A stretch of DNA of 62,314 bases, counting the filler, from Streblomastix strix (Eukaryota), in NCBI GenBank assembly GCA_008636045.1. It is 3 parts of 3 records of this genome, joined end to end, with 100 filler letters (N's around TTAATTAATTAA, not from the genome) between each part and the next. Parts side by side here need not be neighbours in the genome. Positions count along the whole stretch, not along the records: positions 1 to 20,722 come from SNRW01000418.1; 2 more parts are not named here. The stretch is one strand, 5' to 3'. Positions 1 through 13,800 of this stretch are shown here, one piece after another. Numbering within the stretch: the first letter of the stretch is position 1; each line of letters starts with the position of its first letter. The notes below the pieces were generated by a model. That model did not search any database, had not been told where the DNA came from, and worked only from the letters and a program-made list of their open reading frames with translations. A program made the translations under genes and the position numbers.

Positions 1-2930
1 ATTTCAAGTGTGCGTATACGAAAATAACCGCACATATCTGACTAAATCGATGCATATTCGAAGACTGAGGCCGATGCTCTACTTGATGACAAATTAAATA
101 TTACTGACTAAATCGATGCATATAATAAAACTGAAGCCGATGCTCTACTCGACGACAAATTAAACTTTAGCGATTAAATCGATGCATACACTAAATAGGA
201 AGCCGACGCCATATTCGTTGAAAAATTAAATATTTCTGACTAAATCGATGCATATAATAAATCTGAAGTCGATGCACTACTCGACGACAAATTAAATATT
301 ACTGACTAAATCGATGTATACAATAAAGAATAAGATGATGCATTGCTGTTGTTGAAGGCTGATTAAACAAAATTAATTGATACCTACACAAAGCAGAAGT
401 CGATATCCTACTCGACAACAAATTGAATATTATTGATTAAATTGTTGAATATACTAAAAAAAAGGTGATGTTTTGTTGTTATTGAAAGCAGATAAAACAG
501 AGCTAATCTATATTTATAATATAATAGAAGTCGATACCATAATCAACCATAAATTTAATATTTCTGATTAAATTGATACTAACACTTAAGAAGAAGATGA
601 AACAATGCTGATTTTGAAGGCTATTGAAACATAATTAATCGATGTTTACAATAAAACTGAAGTGGACGCTCTACATGACAATAAATTAAATATTTATGAT
701 AAAATTGTTTAATATACGAAGAAGTGAGATGATGTTCTGCTATTGTTGAAGGCTGATCAAACAGAGCTAGTGGATTACGTAAAATTAGGCACTGCTTAAA
801 CAATTTATGGAACAAAATAGTTCAACACAATATCAGTCTTAAGTGCTTCTAAATAGGGTAAAAAAATTATGCTTCTATACTTCTTGCTTGTGGTGGTGTC
901 ATGCTGGTGAACACTTTAGTGAATTAAACTGAACTAAAAGAAGTACAATATATAGCAACCGGTAAATCATAAGCATATGTATTCGATACATAGTCAGGTT
1001 TGAATGATTGGATGGCTATTCAAAATAATATTGCAAAATTAGCGATAGGAGATAATTTATAAATTGTTGATAAGTAAGTAATGGATTATTGGTGAGATGG
1101 ATCAGATTTAAATGTTTAGATGCTGAATAACCTGATATGATTAATATTATAATTACTATTGGAACTGTAACATGTTGAAATAGTGCAATAACTGATATAT
1201 TACTTAGTACAAATACTTTAATACCTGCGAAAAACATAAGATTTGTTTTCACTGATTAAGACTAAAATATTAGAGGTTCAAAAACATTTTCAAGTACTAC
1301 TCATTCAGTTGGAATTTAAGTTAAAAATTATGATAATTTTAATGTAATATTAGCTGATGGTGGTGTAAAGACAAAATAGGACATAAATACAAGCGTCAAT
1401 TTATCAAAATATTATAAAAATTCGAAAATTTTTTCATAAACTGAATTAGATTAAAAATTAAATCCAAAATTAAATATTTTTGATTAAATTTTTGCTTATT
1501 CGATTACTTAAGATGTTGCGCTGCTGTTATTGAAAAAAGGATAAATCAGAGCTAATCGATGCATACAATAAAACTGAAGTTGATACCCTACTCGACATTA
1601 AATAAAATATTTATGATTAAATTGATTCTTATTCAAAAATTTAGGATGATGAATTACTATTGAAAGTATAAAAGACAAAATTAATTGATGTATACATAAA
1701 AATTGAAACAAATAATCTGCTCAATAGCAATGCAAATACTTGAGATTCTTATATTAAAAGAGATAATAGTGCATTATTGTTGTTAAGGGCTGATAAGACA
1801 TAATTGATTATTTTTATACAAAAACACAAACCGATAACCTACTTAATATCAAAGCAAATTAATCAACAACATGCACTAAAACAGTAATTGATTAACTGGT
1901 ATCATAAATTGATGTTGGAGATGTTGATTTTAGTAATTATTATACGAAAATTAAATTAAACGAATTTATTGTTGAGAAATTAAGTACAACTGATTTGGAA
2001 AATTATATTACTTTGGGTACTTTATAGATAATTATAGCTAATAAATCTTTCAATAATAGTTGCAGATTCATGTGTTCAATTGACGAAACGTCGACAGTAA
2101 CTGGTTTAACATTTATCAAATCTGGTGTTGATGATGCTATTGTATTACTTGGAGCTGGTGGTACCAAACTATTATCTGAATTTTTTAAGTGGCCCAACGG
2201 ATTTTTCATATTTTTATACAAAAACATGAACTTATTCAAAAACAGAAACAGAAAATAAAAATGTAAGATTGGAAGGTGTTTAATTTAATAAACAATTATT
2301 GAAATATTAAAATATGAACGTCCATTTGGTGATACATATGATGAAACATAAGATCCTTTTGCTAATACTAATTTAATTTAATCAGAAGTTGATTCAAAAC
2401 TATCGAATTACGTAAATACAGCTAATGATTAAGAAATTAATGGCACAAAAACATTCAATGCTAATCTTAATGCTACTGGATTTGTGAAAACAGGCAAGGA
2501 CAATACATCGATTTTATTGACTGGTGGAGGTGATGCTTTGATATTATCATTCGGTGGATTAACATTAGAATCAATTACATATACGAGTAATGTTGTTTTC
2601 CTACAGTTTCAATTACATCTTTCTATTGTTATCGTGTAGGACCATTAGTTATATAATAAGCATAAATATATATGACAAGCGGAACAGGTAATGACGCTAC
2701 ATCAATTCCTGCTGCTATTCTTGCAAGTACTGGATATCAGAAAAATTAATTTTATTATTTTATCACAATGACCGACAGCTCAGGCATTCAAAACGCAAGA
2801 TGGACTGTATCAACTAGCGGAGTCATTACAATAAATATAATGTCGCCAGAATCAGGAAATCCAGGCTAATATGCAACTGTATCATCTTATATTAATGTCA
2901 TATTTCCAGCAAAGAATTATAAACAGTAAT
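1..2930 (+). pseudogene. Phage-tail-fibre-like virion protein, 5'-truncated, frameshifted
   Basis: 22-aa repeats LNITDQIDAYNKTEADALLDDK, then GDNLQIVDKQVMDYW*DG, DQDQNIRGSKTF, NDQEINGTKTFNANLNATGFVKTGKDNTSILLTGGG and FIKSGVDDAIVLLGAGG, typical of fibre shaft motifs. Confidence 0.65.
20..770 (+). repeat. Coding tandem repeat, ~66-bp period; a more degenerate second block lies at ~1440-1900
   Basis: Unit ttaaatattactgactaaatcgatgcatataataaaactgaagccgatgctctactcgacgacaaa recurs at ~94, 160, 226 and 292 and degenerates downstream. Confidence 0.9.
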
Positions 2931-3003
2931 CCTTTCAATTAATATCTCTGCTTATTATAACTAGAAATTGTTTGGATTAATTATTTATTTTTATTGAATA
3001 TTA

Positions 3004-4510
3004 ATGTTGAACGTTTATATCGATGAAAGATTATTTGACGCAGCTGGTTTATCTGACTTTTCAGAATTATAAGCATATATCAAAGAACGTTATCCAAAGC
3101 CGATTGGTGAGCTACTGCAGCCTGTACCTATTGGGGACCAAACTCTGCAATAGTAGGTGAAAAATAACGATGATATTATCTACGCATCAAACGAAGTATT
3201 CGAGCCACCAGTGCCGAATACAATAACGAAATTGGATTTGAGTTCATAATTAGAGCGATGAAATTTCTTTGCATCCAGTGGATCAAATCGATACTTAATC
3301 GTTTATGGTGATAAAATTACGCTAACGGTTTCATATGCGACAAAGGTCTATTTCTAGGGGATATTTATTCAAAAATTATCCTGAAGAAACGAGAATAAAA
3401 ACATGTGATAAAATGATAGTATTAATTAGAATAGATACTTCAAATGCATACATTATATTTTCTAATATTGATTAGAACGAACCATTCACTACTTGCTCAA
3501 TATAAATACTATCAGATGTCGCACTTGTAATTATTGTAACTTATTACAAATATTATGAATCTTCGAAAAAAATCAATTATAACGCGAAAAATGACGGAAA
3601 AGTTAATATTATGGACATATAGAATATTAATGGAAAAAACATTTGCAACACAGTCGCATGTTTATGAAACAGTGAAAAAAATATACTGATTTAATCAAAA
3701 TAGAAGTTTAAGATTTGAATAGAACAAATTATTTAAATAGTGAAATTTTATTAATATGTAAATTAACAATATATATAATGCTGATAGAGCAGCATTTTTC
3801 ATTAAAGATGGACCATTAATTTCAAATAATTTTGGGGCTAAATTAGTATAACTAATTCATACTAATTCTGAAACACAATAAACTGTGTATAAAATATTTT
3901 TGACAATTAGTAAAAAATTTCTACCACCAAATACGAATAATTTGCTAATTCGTATTGAATAACAAGAATTTTTCGCCATGCATACGTTCAAAGATATTTA
4001 TGATAAATCATCAGCTATTTAGATAACTATAAGTGGAATATTGAATAGTAATGATTGCGAATTTCTAGGAACTTATGTTCTTGATAATTAAGTCAACAAG
4101 TCATCCAATGAACCAGCATCCAAGGAATCCGTATCTAGCGAACCAAATGCACACATAGATGAAGTTATAATAAAACATGAAAAATAATTAGGTTAATTAC
4201 GACAACCGCGGAATACGATAACAAATGCCTTTAATCAGTTTATAATTAATGATTTCTTCAAACTATATATTCCAACATATAATTCGTTCTATAACGTTGT
4301 TGATGGCACTCGCAGAATATGTGAATTCAATCTATACTTTGAATCAAAAAGTTTGCAAAGGACAACATAAGAAGTATGTCGGATTCGATATTCGATAATT
4401 CCGGCTGATTGTAAAAGTTTTGGCTAGTTTACATTTAAATATAGAACATAGGGTGGAAGATTGAATAATTTTTCTGTGAATTATTTTATTGTTTATGCTT
4501 AATTTATAAT
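3004..4510 (+). pseudogene. Uncharacterised element protein (disrupted)
   Basis: MLNVYIDERLFDAAGLSDFSELQAYIKERYPKP... long reading with internal TGA stops and frameshifts; no recognised motif. Confidence 0.45.
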
Positions 4511-4664
4511 GATATTCTACTAACTATCATAACCATAAGAGTTAATACAATAAGATTCAATAGATATTTTAAATATTTCACTAGTAGTGTGTATTATTTG
4601 TGAGAAACTTAACTAAAAATATAATACATCAAAAAATCTATGTAATTGGCTCGAGAAAATTGTT

Positions 4665-4770
4665 TGGTTAATGAATGACTTTTGTGTGTTCCAAGTGTTC
4701 CAAGTCAAGCGAGTTCTATTGAAAATACCAGTCGAAGCGACAGTTAGTCGAAATATAAAAAATAATTAAT
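4665..4770 (+). repeat. Dispersed intergenic motif, copy 1 (candidate 3'-end/regulatory signal)
   Basis: ggttaatgaatgacttttgtgtgttccaagtgttccaagt...gaaaataccagtcgaagcgacagttagtcgaaa aligns with 8852-8966. Confidence 0.8.
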
Positions 4771-5175
4771 GCGTTTTCTTTATTAAATTGAACATTAAAT
4801 TTGTTATTTTCATTTGTTTTATAATTACATTCTTCAATTCTGTATAAATAGGCAATTTTTATATCAAATATTCATCAATTCTTAATGAATCAAAATTTTA
4901 TCTAAAGTTTTATTTTCTTGAATTTTTATCTGAGCCATAACCATAATCAAGAAATAATCAAGAAACATCAAAGTCTATACGTATTGTTTAGCCATCAGGA
5001 CTGAAAATTGCAAGTATCGGTTTACCAAATGTTTTTATGAACGGATTATAAACGCTATCATTAACCCATTAAAGACCTTTTCTTACTTTATAGATTAATT
5101 ACTTTATTTTTGAGAATAGATGTGGTGTTGGGAAAAAGTTGCTGTGGTTTACTTTGTAAAACCACTGTTTAAGAT
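4770..5175 (-). pseudogene. Small element protein with amphipathic helix (disrupted)
   Basis: Reverse translation gives LFSKIKQLIYKVRKGLQWVNDSVYNPFIKTFGKPILAIFSPDG, followed by an internal TGA. Confidence 0.4.
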
Positions 5176-5599
5176 TAACTTTTTATTTATATGTATATAT
5201 ATATATATATATTAATTAGTATAAGAAAACGGGAGATATTGGTGATGGCCAATCTCCGCGTTCTGGAATAATTTAAAATTTTATATGTTTTAGAGGGGGT
5301 ATAAAAATATAAAGTCCATAAAAATTTTTTAATTATAGATACGCCGGATATATTAAATATATATATGATATATTTGTTCATATATGACGTTAACCAATAT
5401 ATAATTAATATAATATCTAGCCTTTTCAAAAACTCAAAAATAAGGCATTTTCCTTATTTTTCCTTATATTGATTTTAAGCCAAATTTCTATATAAACAAT
5501 TATAACTTTTTAATTATATTATTATCATCGTTGTACTATATATAATTATACTGATATATGTTATTACTTTTTATTTATTAAAATAAATAGCATTCAATT

Positions 5600-6852
5600 A
5601 ATAAAAAACATATACGTTCTTTGTATGAATATATTCACAAGTTTGATACATCAGCGTTTGGAACTTATAATTATGTATGTGAGAGATTAAAGAGCTAATA
5701 AGAAACTAAACATCTGTTACATATATAATTCCAATATGCTTCAGAGCTAACATTCTACTTGATGACCTCTTGATATTCACCGCTTTCATTGATTACCCAA
5801 ATAGCTTATTTGATGATTTAAAAATAAAATTCAAAATAAATTATTATGCGTTTACTTTCAGTTAATTGAATCCAATTATTTCAAAGGATAAATATAATAC
5901 AGTGAATAAAGATGAGTTATTGGGTAGTAATCAGTAGAAGCTAATGGATATAAATTTAATGTTCGGAAATTGGAGTTTAGCATTCTAATATTCCAAATAA
6001 TTTACATTGCTTGGATGTACAGCTGAATTGATAACTGGGCTATATACTGAACCATTAACTGAATCAGCATTGAAGAATTTAATATGCGACATCAAACCTG
6101 ATACATTTTGAATTAAAAATAGGGTTATACCAAAAGTTGCAGCAAGTATAGCAGGTTATAAAGTGACTGATGCATATCTTAACAGAGTTTTTTAATTCTA
6201 AATTCAAAGTCCATTTGTTGTTCCAGCTTAACGAGTTGAAATATAGCCATTACCAACTTCTGCAACATAAATTGGAATATAATCATCAAAAAATATTCCT
6301 CCATCTCACGTTATCAATTTCTTCCTTCAATTTTCTAAAAATTTTAGAGCAACAACTTGCTTTGAAAATCCTTGTTATTAAAACAAATGAGTTACAATAT
6401 GCGGATTTAACTTTCCAGATATGCTTATGAATACGTTTGATTAATAATTTTTCTAATTACAGTTGAACGGGAGCAATTTGAACTTGTTAATCGAAGTTAC
6501 TGATGAGTATGAAGATACATTAATAACTCCAAGAAATATAGCTACAAGATGATTGAACTCTCTCACAGATTTATCAAGCTTCTTTACAATACTTTAATGT
6601 GAGTGGAATAATAATAGAACATTCACTTTCGATTTATGAGACATTCAGAACTAAAATATTTCTGTAGAACTCAGAGGAGCAATATATCAAGGAGCAACAG
6701 ATTCATATTATAATGTCGATACAGGTGGAAAGAGATCAGCACCTCCGATTCTCTCCACAGTTCATGATACATTTTGGTTGTTTTCACCTGCTGCGGGTGG
6801 TAGTTGCATAAATGACACAAGCCATTCATTTGATGAGGAAATTGACCACTGA
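5600..6852 (+). pseudogene. Putative major capsid protein (double jelly-roll, Maverick-type), N-terminally truncated
   Basis: Beta-rich reading PFVVPAQRVEI...FENPCYQN...TICGFNFPD...QNISVELRG...PPILSTVHDTFWLFSP resembling Maverick capsid proteins; lies near the packaging ATPase; several TGA stops and frameshifts. Confidence 0.55.
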
Positions 6853-7059
6853 CAGAATGAATGTAGATATTTTAGTTAAAAATTTCTATTTTTATTTATA
6901 TATATAACTATCAGCCTAAACATTAAAAATAATATTATTTATACAGGTTTATAAGTTAAATCAGTTATATTTTATTTATTTATATAGAAATTGCATCTAA
7001 TAGAACTTCTGCATAAAATTTAAAATATTTTACTTTTGTGTTATATGATGGAGTTGTTA

Positions 7060-7570
7060 TCGCTTAGAACGATTAGAACGCCCAAGTGAGTGGAGTAGGT
7101 TTTGCATTACCGTACGCATTTGAAAATTCTGAAAATTTAAGAAAAATAATATTCTATTAATGCAATTGCAATAATATTGGCTCAAACGAAGACTCTAATG
7201 TAGGTTCTGATGCAGGCATTTCTGTACGTAGTTCAATTGTTCAAGAAGAATAATATTTCGATTAATTTGTTGGCTATTGTAATGAATAACGGGTTTATAA
7301 GCCCTTCATCCAATACTCGCACAATAGATATTTGTACATAAGGTTCCGTTAGAATTAAGAGTTATTGGATATAAATTAATTATAGCTAAAATTTGTTCTC
7401 GAATTGACGATAAAATACTGAAACTATTGATGTGTACAAGTCCACCTCTAAAAAGGAGGATCCATTGAACCATAAAAATAATGCTTGCTCCTTAATGATC
7501 TGGCCTATTGACATTAATATTTATCTATTAATTTCCTGAACAAATGAGTATAGCGGTTTTCTGCCTTTCT
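7060..7570 (-). pseudogene. Uncharacterised element ORF relic
   Basis: Reading frame with one internal TGA (ENRYTHLFRKLIDKY...YFYGSMDPPF...EMPASEPTLESSFEP). Confidence 0.3.
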
Positions 7571-7639
7571 AGTTAAAATTTTATTGATTTTAAAATTAAT
7601 CGTTTTATTTTTATTTTAATTTTACATTTAATCTTATAT

Positions 7640-8470
7640 ATAATCGAAATACAAACAGCAACTACTCAACAAATAACTTCAAGCAATGAAACTTTCACTC
7701 TTGGTTCTTATTTTATGTTTGAAATAGTAATACGAGATAAAGATGGATTTGTTAATTCAACAAAATTAGTGGTTTAAATTAATGAATGAAAAAATACAAA
7801 AATGAAATCAATAAAATATTACAATCTGTAATGTATAGGGAATATAAGAAATATTTATAGGATAATTTCATCGGGGAACTTTTGCCCCGACAATTTGACT
7901 ATATAAAGAATTATTAAATATAATACATATGAAAACATCAATTAAATATCTACATCATGTAAATAAAATAATGAACACAATTAATGAACGTATTTAAGTC
8001 GAACTCTAAGCTTAAAATAATTAAACATCCATTGCTAACTTTACAGAAAAAAAGGTTTAAATAATTATTGAAGATTAAAAAATACCAATAAATTAACAAG
8101 AAAATGAAATAAAACAATTGAAACCAAGAGCTGTTCCATAAAGAAAGAAAACAGCTTTTGTTCCAGCAGTTTAATATATAGAGGCTGATGATAAAAATAA
8201 TACAATTTTAAAAGTTCTAAGAAGAAATAAAAAATGATTTAAAGCAAAATTGATGAATGATTTAAATAAAGTTTATTATTCTATGATTAATAATGTATTA
8301 CAACGACCAAAAATGAATCAATTTAAGAATATTTAAATAAAAATATAGATGGAATTAAATTTAAAGGAACAGAATATATATTTAATTAGAGCTTGAAAGA
8401 TGAACTTATCAAAAAAATAAATGAATACATGAACACACAACTTGAGCAGCAAATCTCAACAATTATTTAA
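7640..8470 (+). pseudogene. KilA-N domain DNA-binding protein
   Basis: ETFTLGSYFMFEIVIRDKDGFVNSTKL matches the KilA-N signature (IxxxDGxxNATKL), followed by a coiled coil and LKPRAVP; frameshifted. Confidence 0.75.
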
Positions 8471-8546
8471 TTTATTTTTGCAAAAATAAAATGACAAGAA
8501 TTTTGTTCGACAATAAAAAAAAATTTAATTTTCATCGAAATTGTAA

Positions 8547-8861
8547 ATGGAACTAGATGAATAAGAAGAATGTCCACTCGAGAGAAATGAAGACGGAATA
8601 AAATAATTTGAGAATATTAATGATTTTAAATAATTTAATTCCTAAAATTATTAACAATTATCTAAACTAACAACGTAAAAATTATATAAATTATATAAAT
8701 TTGAAGGTTTTAAATTATCAAAAATAGAAGGTCAAGAATGCATAAAAATTTGTGCAAAAGATTAATTGAACAGAATTGAATAAAAATTTGACAAGTATTT
8801 AGAAATTTATAATCAATTGGTTGAAACACTAACTGGCGCGACAAATACGAACGGTTAATGA
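8547..8861 (+). CDS. Small element protein, 104 aa, intact with TAR=Gln
   Basis: ATG..TGA open frame MELDEQEECPLERNEDGIKQFENINDFKQF...LYKFEGFKLSKIEG... Confidence 0.65.
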
Positions 8862-8966
8862 ATGATTTTTAACTGTTCCGAGTGTTTCGAGTACTCCGAG
8901 TTAAATGAGTTCTTTTGAAAATGTCAGTCGATGCGACAATTAGTCGAAACATAAAATATAATTAAT
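8852..8966 (+). repeat. Dispersed intergenic motif, copy 2
   Basis: ggttaatgaatgatttttaactgttccgagtgtttcgagt...gaaaatgtcagtcgatgcgacaattagtcgaaa, homologous to 4665-4770. Confidence 0.8.
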
Positions 8967-8974
8967 TTTTTCAA

Positions 8975-9762
8975 ATTATTTTAACAACTATCCCATTAAC
9001 TTCATACTACATCAATAATGTGTATTGTTTAGTTAGACGTATTTATTTATACCATATTGTTTCTTTATCCGATGTAATCGAAGAATAAAAGAAAAATTAA
9101 TTAAATTTTAATCTGTTGAAAGATCAGAAGAACCGCAATGAATCAAGATTTGATTTAATCGCAGCGTTTAAACCAATGATATTTTGCAAACAAAAGAAAT
9201 ATGTTATTCTAGGCCAATGATTCTTAAATAACTTTTTAAACAGTGGATTATTCTTAATTTTTAATATACTCATTGCATCGTCGAATAAAGCAATAGTATG
9301 AGGAAATTTAACTTCAAAATTACCTCCTTCACTAGCTCCTGCTCCAACCACATTGGTTATTATTTCATCTTTCGATGAATCAGTTAGCTGTTTTTATAAT
9401 TATTTTTTTTGTATTTCATCGTACGAATATTTACATTTAATCAAATCATTCATCACTTAATCTTTTTCAGCGTATGGAACAATTTTTGTAAGAATTTAAT
9501 TAAATCTTTCTTTTTTATAAGTGATGTCATTATTAGAATCGCTGATGTATATGAATAATGTATAGCAATGCATTTTTAATAAGCATAACTTTATTAACTC
9601 TTTAGTTAAATTGTATATCTTTCCACTACCACGCTAACCTATCAATAAATTTGCAGAATTGTACGTAAAATTTAAATTTTTTTGAATAATTGTTTAAATT
9701 TCATAAATATTAACTTTTATTTCTTAAAACATGTTATCTACCTTTTATGTTAATCTCATCAT
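8975..9762 (-). pseudogene. A32/FtsK-like genome-packaging ATPase
   Basis: Walker A LLIGQRGSGKIY, Walker B PHTIALFDDAM and downstream ITYFFCLQ motif; frameshifted. Confidence 0.8.
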
Positions 9763-9814
9763 TTCTATTATATAAATCTTTTTTGTATCAATAATAAATA
9801 GAATATCAGATCAA

Positions 9815-10360
9815 ATGATTGGTTAATTAATTGAACAGGAATAAAGTAGATAACAAAGTCCTCCTTAGACGGAAATTGATGAAGATGATTGCGATTATTG
9901 TGAATGGAAACCTGCAAATTAAGACAGAATGAAAACACGAGCAAAACTGTTTAGATGGCTGATGTTCTATCCATCACTTATATAAAAAACAAGAAAGCAT
10001 GGAGATCCATAGTTAGAAGAATATGCGAGGGATGTCCATGTTACAATTGTTTGGTATTTAAATAGAGATATTAAGAAAATTAATAGATTATCATCTGCCG
10101 TTAGCCCTCAAAAATATATATATATATGATAAATATTTAGGTAATCGAAATGAAGTAAGTGAATTTGACTTAGATAGTAATGAAGAAACTCCTGATAATG
10201 TGATTGTTTATGATATGAAAAAGAATGCAATTTATTCCGTCGAAGGTTATACAACAGCTGTTATATTTGGTGATCCAGAACATTAACATAAAAGAAATTG
10301 AAAGAAAAAATATTATACATCTGTTAATGATTTAGAATTTGTATCATTAGCAACATAATT
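9815..10360 (+). pseudogene. Uncharacterised element ORF
   Basis: MIGQLIEQEQSRQQSPPQTEIDEDDCDYCEWKPANQDRMKTRAKLFRWLMFYP...; later disrupted. Confidence 0.35.
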
Positions 10361-10899
10361 AAAATAAAAAGGAATAAAAGGTGGTCCTTATATAAAATGG
10401 CTATCAGTAACTTAGCCTCACAAAGTAAGAGAAATAAAAGCAAACAGTTTCAGAGCTTTTTCTTTAATAAAAAAAAATGTTTATACGATAATGGAGGTGC
10501 GTATTTGCCATGGTAGCCTAACAATAAATAGTTGTAGCAGCTTGGAATTCTGTAATTATTAATCCTGCTATCGTAATATTTGAATATTATGACAGAAAAA
10601 TAGGTCTATGTAACAGAAAAATTAAAATAAATGTATTATAAAGAGATTATGAATATTTGCCATTTGCTAAATGAGTATATATGAAGGAATTATCTACCGT
10701 TATTGTTTAAATATTTACTACTGATAATCAGATTAATTTCAGGATTACTTAAGCTCTTTGATAAGCTATGTAAATATACGGCATATGTCAAATATTGAAA
10801 TAACAAGATATTGGTCGTTACGATTTAGCTAAATACAAATTTATTAAACAACTAATGAAAAAATTAATGTAATTATCATTTATTTTTTTTTAAATAAAT

Positions 10900-13800
10900 A
10901 ATTGATAAATAGAGGTAAGACTCCTAAAAAGACGCATGATTTCGATTATGCTACAGTTTCAAGCACATCCAGAGCTATTATAACATAATTAATCAAAATA
11001 CCAACTATATAGATAAAAACAATAATAATTGACGTAAATATTGGATTATATTACATAGATGCAAACACGTGATTATCAGCCATCATCTGACATTTAAATG
11101 AAACATCAACAATAATAATTGATATAAATGTAAGAATATATCGCATTGATGCAAGCACGTAATTACTAGCCATCATCTGAATTATAAACAGAAGAGCAGG
11201 TGGATTAACAACTGATTTTAAGGTATTAAAAATTAACAACAGAAATAATAAGAGAATTAATGATATTATAAGACCCTGAAATTTAATAGAAAATTAACAT
11301 TAATGAATTAAAATCATAATTTTCATAAACTTTAGATAAAATTGATTTAGATGGCGGTAGAAACAATAGAGATATAATTAAAAATGTTATATTATAATCA
11401 AGACCATTTGCAAATCGAATCAGATAAGATGCTTAATTAGGCCTTCAAAAAGAAGAAATAATAACTAAAGTTAATGCTCAATAATTTGTGCAAGAAATAG
11501 ACAACACATAGAATTTGAGCACTTAAGACGAATAGAGCAAATAGCACAATTAATAAGTTGAAAAAATCATGGAAGATTAATATATAATAAATTCAAATTT
11601 TTTAAAATTAATAAAAGAATAATAAATTAATCAATGTTCTAATGATGTAATCAAAAACAATAAAGAAGAAATAAAAGAATTTAATGATTAATATAATAGT
11701 AAGAATTATCAGCAAATTAATTAAGTCTAAACAACTATTATATTAAACGTACCACAACTCTAGGAAAAACATAAAAGAAGAATTAATATTGAAAGAAAAT
11801 ATATATAATTAAAACGTATAATATAAACCATTTTACGTTCATACTATCAGTTCCACAAAAGAGTACTATAAAAATGATTTAAAAACAATTGAAAATGTCG
11901 ATGCTTGTTCGAATGAAATGTATAAGCGTGAATAAAAATTTGCATTCAAAATTGAATTTGATTTTGAATTAATTAATGAACGAACCAGTATCTAAGAAAA
12001 CGAATAATAAATAACGTATAAAATTAATTATCCATTAGAAGCTAGAACTGAGATGAGAGCACCGACAACCTTACGCACGCATTTAGATTAAGCGAATTAT
12101 AAAAGATTCCTTAGAATTCGTATTACTCAAATGCAAGAGAGGGAACTATTGTGGACATCAAAGAGAAAATAATTGGTATGTTTTCAATAATGATTCAGGT
12201 GTTTCGTTTTCAACACACTGGTGCTGGTGGTCTAACAATATCTTTATTAAAAAAAATATAATGAGGCGTGAGGTTTGATATATTTACGTTGAAAAAAATA
12301 ATCAAAATTTATGTTTCATTCTAATATATTCATTTATTTCAATTCCAGCTATCAAATATAATAACAAATTAAATGTTATAGTAATCTGTTTCAAGGAATA
12401 TTAACGTATTGTAGATGATAAACGAATATTTAAAGGATCAGTAACAAGAAAACTGATGATAATTATTAAGGGTTTAATTTCGCAACGGAAGCAGATTAAT
12501 TTTTTTGGAATAAAAAATTTTAATATCAATGGGTTCGCTTACGAAGCCACACTAATGGCTACGTATGCGGATACATTTACGGCTGCATCAACGGAATCAT
12601 CAATCAATTCCAGTAGTTATTATCTTTGGAAGCAATACAGAAGAAACGAACAGAACGAATAAACTAAAGATTTTAATGTTCTTTTAATAACCGATACTAT
12701 TAACGAATAATAAATAGCTCAAGTTTTTTATATAAATGATATTGAAGCATTAACCGGTTTAAAATATTGTCTTATCTGTGGTGGGAAGGTTTATAGAACC
12801 GGAGACTCAAATTTGTAATAAAACCTAAAAAGATATATGTAAAATGTTAAAAAAAAGGAGGAAAGATAGTAAAAAAAAGTATATTTAAAAAAGTTTCCAA
12901 GGTTTTACGTTCTTCGTATATTGAATAAATTAGTTTCAAAGATCTTCTGGCGCATGGTCGAAATAATGAATTCAAATCAACCAAATATTACATAACGTAT
13001 GATATTGAAACGGTTGAAAGAATCGTCAATGATTAATTTGGTGAAAATTTAAAATAAATTTCAATTCTAAAACCTTTATCGATTGCAAGTATAACAAAAA
13101 TAAAAAATTAATCCAATGAATACATCTATTCCATTTATTTTGATACTAGAACTAAAGATATCATTAATGTATAGATTAAATAATTATTTAAGAAGCCCGA
13201 AAAGTTATTGATTCAAACAAATATGAAGATGAGACAATACCACACAGGGTTATGAGGTTCCTGTTATTGGGTTCAATTCTTCAAAGTTCTATGTCGCATT
13301 AATTTTAAAACACTTATAGAGTGACGAATAGCAAATAATTAAATATTTTGGTAGTGCTTCAAACGCTAAATAAATCATTATTAAACATAACACATCCGAA
13401 ATCAAATTGCGGTTCATCGATGCTAAGATTTATTCAACAAAAATGAAATTAAAATAATTTATAAAAGATTTCACACCAAAAACAACTCAAGCAACACCAG
13501 CTAAATTAAAGTTTCCTTATGAATTCATCAATTACTATAATAATAATGAAATATTAAATAATCCTTAGCCATTTCCCTAAGAAGCATTTAATAACACAAT
13601 TAAAAATAAAATATAATTCAAGAAAAATATTAAAATTATTTGGCTATCGCAAAGAATTATTCGAACAGGTGGGATTACCTCCGACACTACAACCTCTAAG
13701 ATACTCGTTTAATGATTGAGCCCCTAGATTATTTAATTGATATGTTCTTTAATTATAAAATTGACATGCTGTAGTTTATGTCGATGTCAGCATGTGCCAA

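Noticed and set aside
20..770. Regularly spaced repeats as a CRISPR array
   Set aside because: The whole 66-bp unit repeats in frame with no unique spacers, and no cas genes are present.
7870..7890. tcgggg...ccccga hairpin as a terminator
   Set aside because: Short stem inside the KilA-N coding region; single occurrence.
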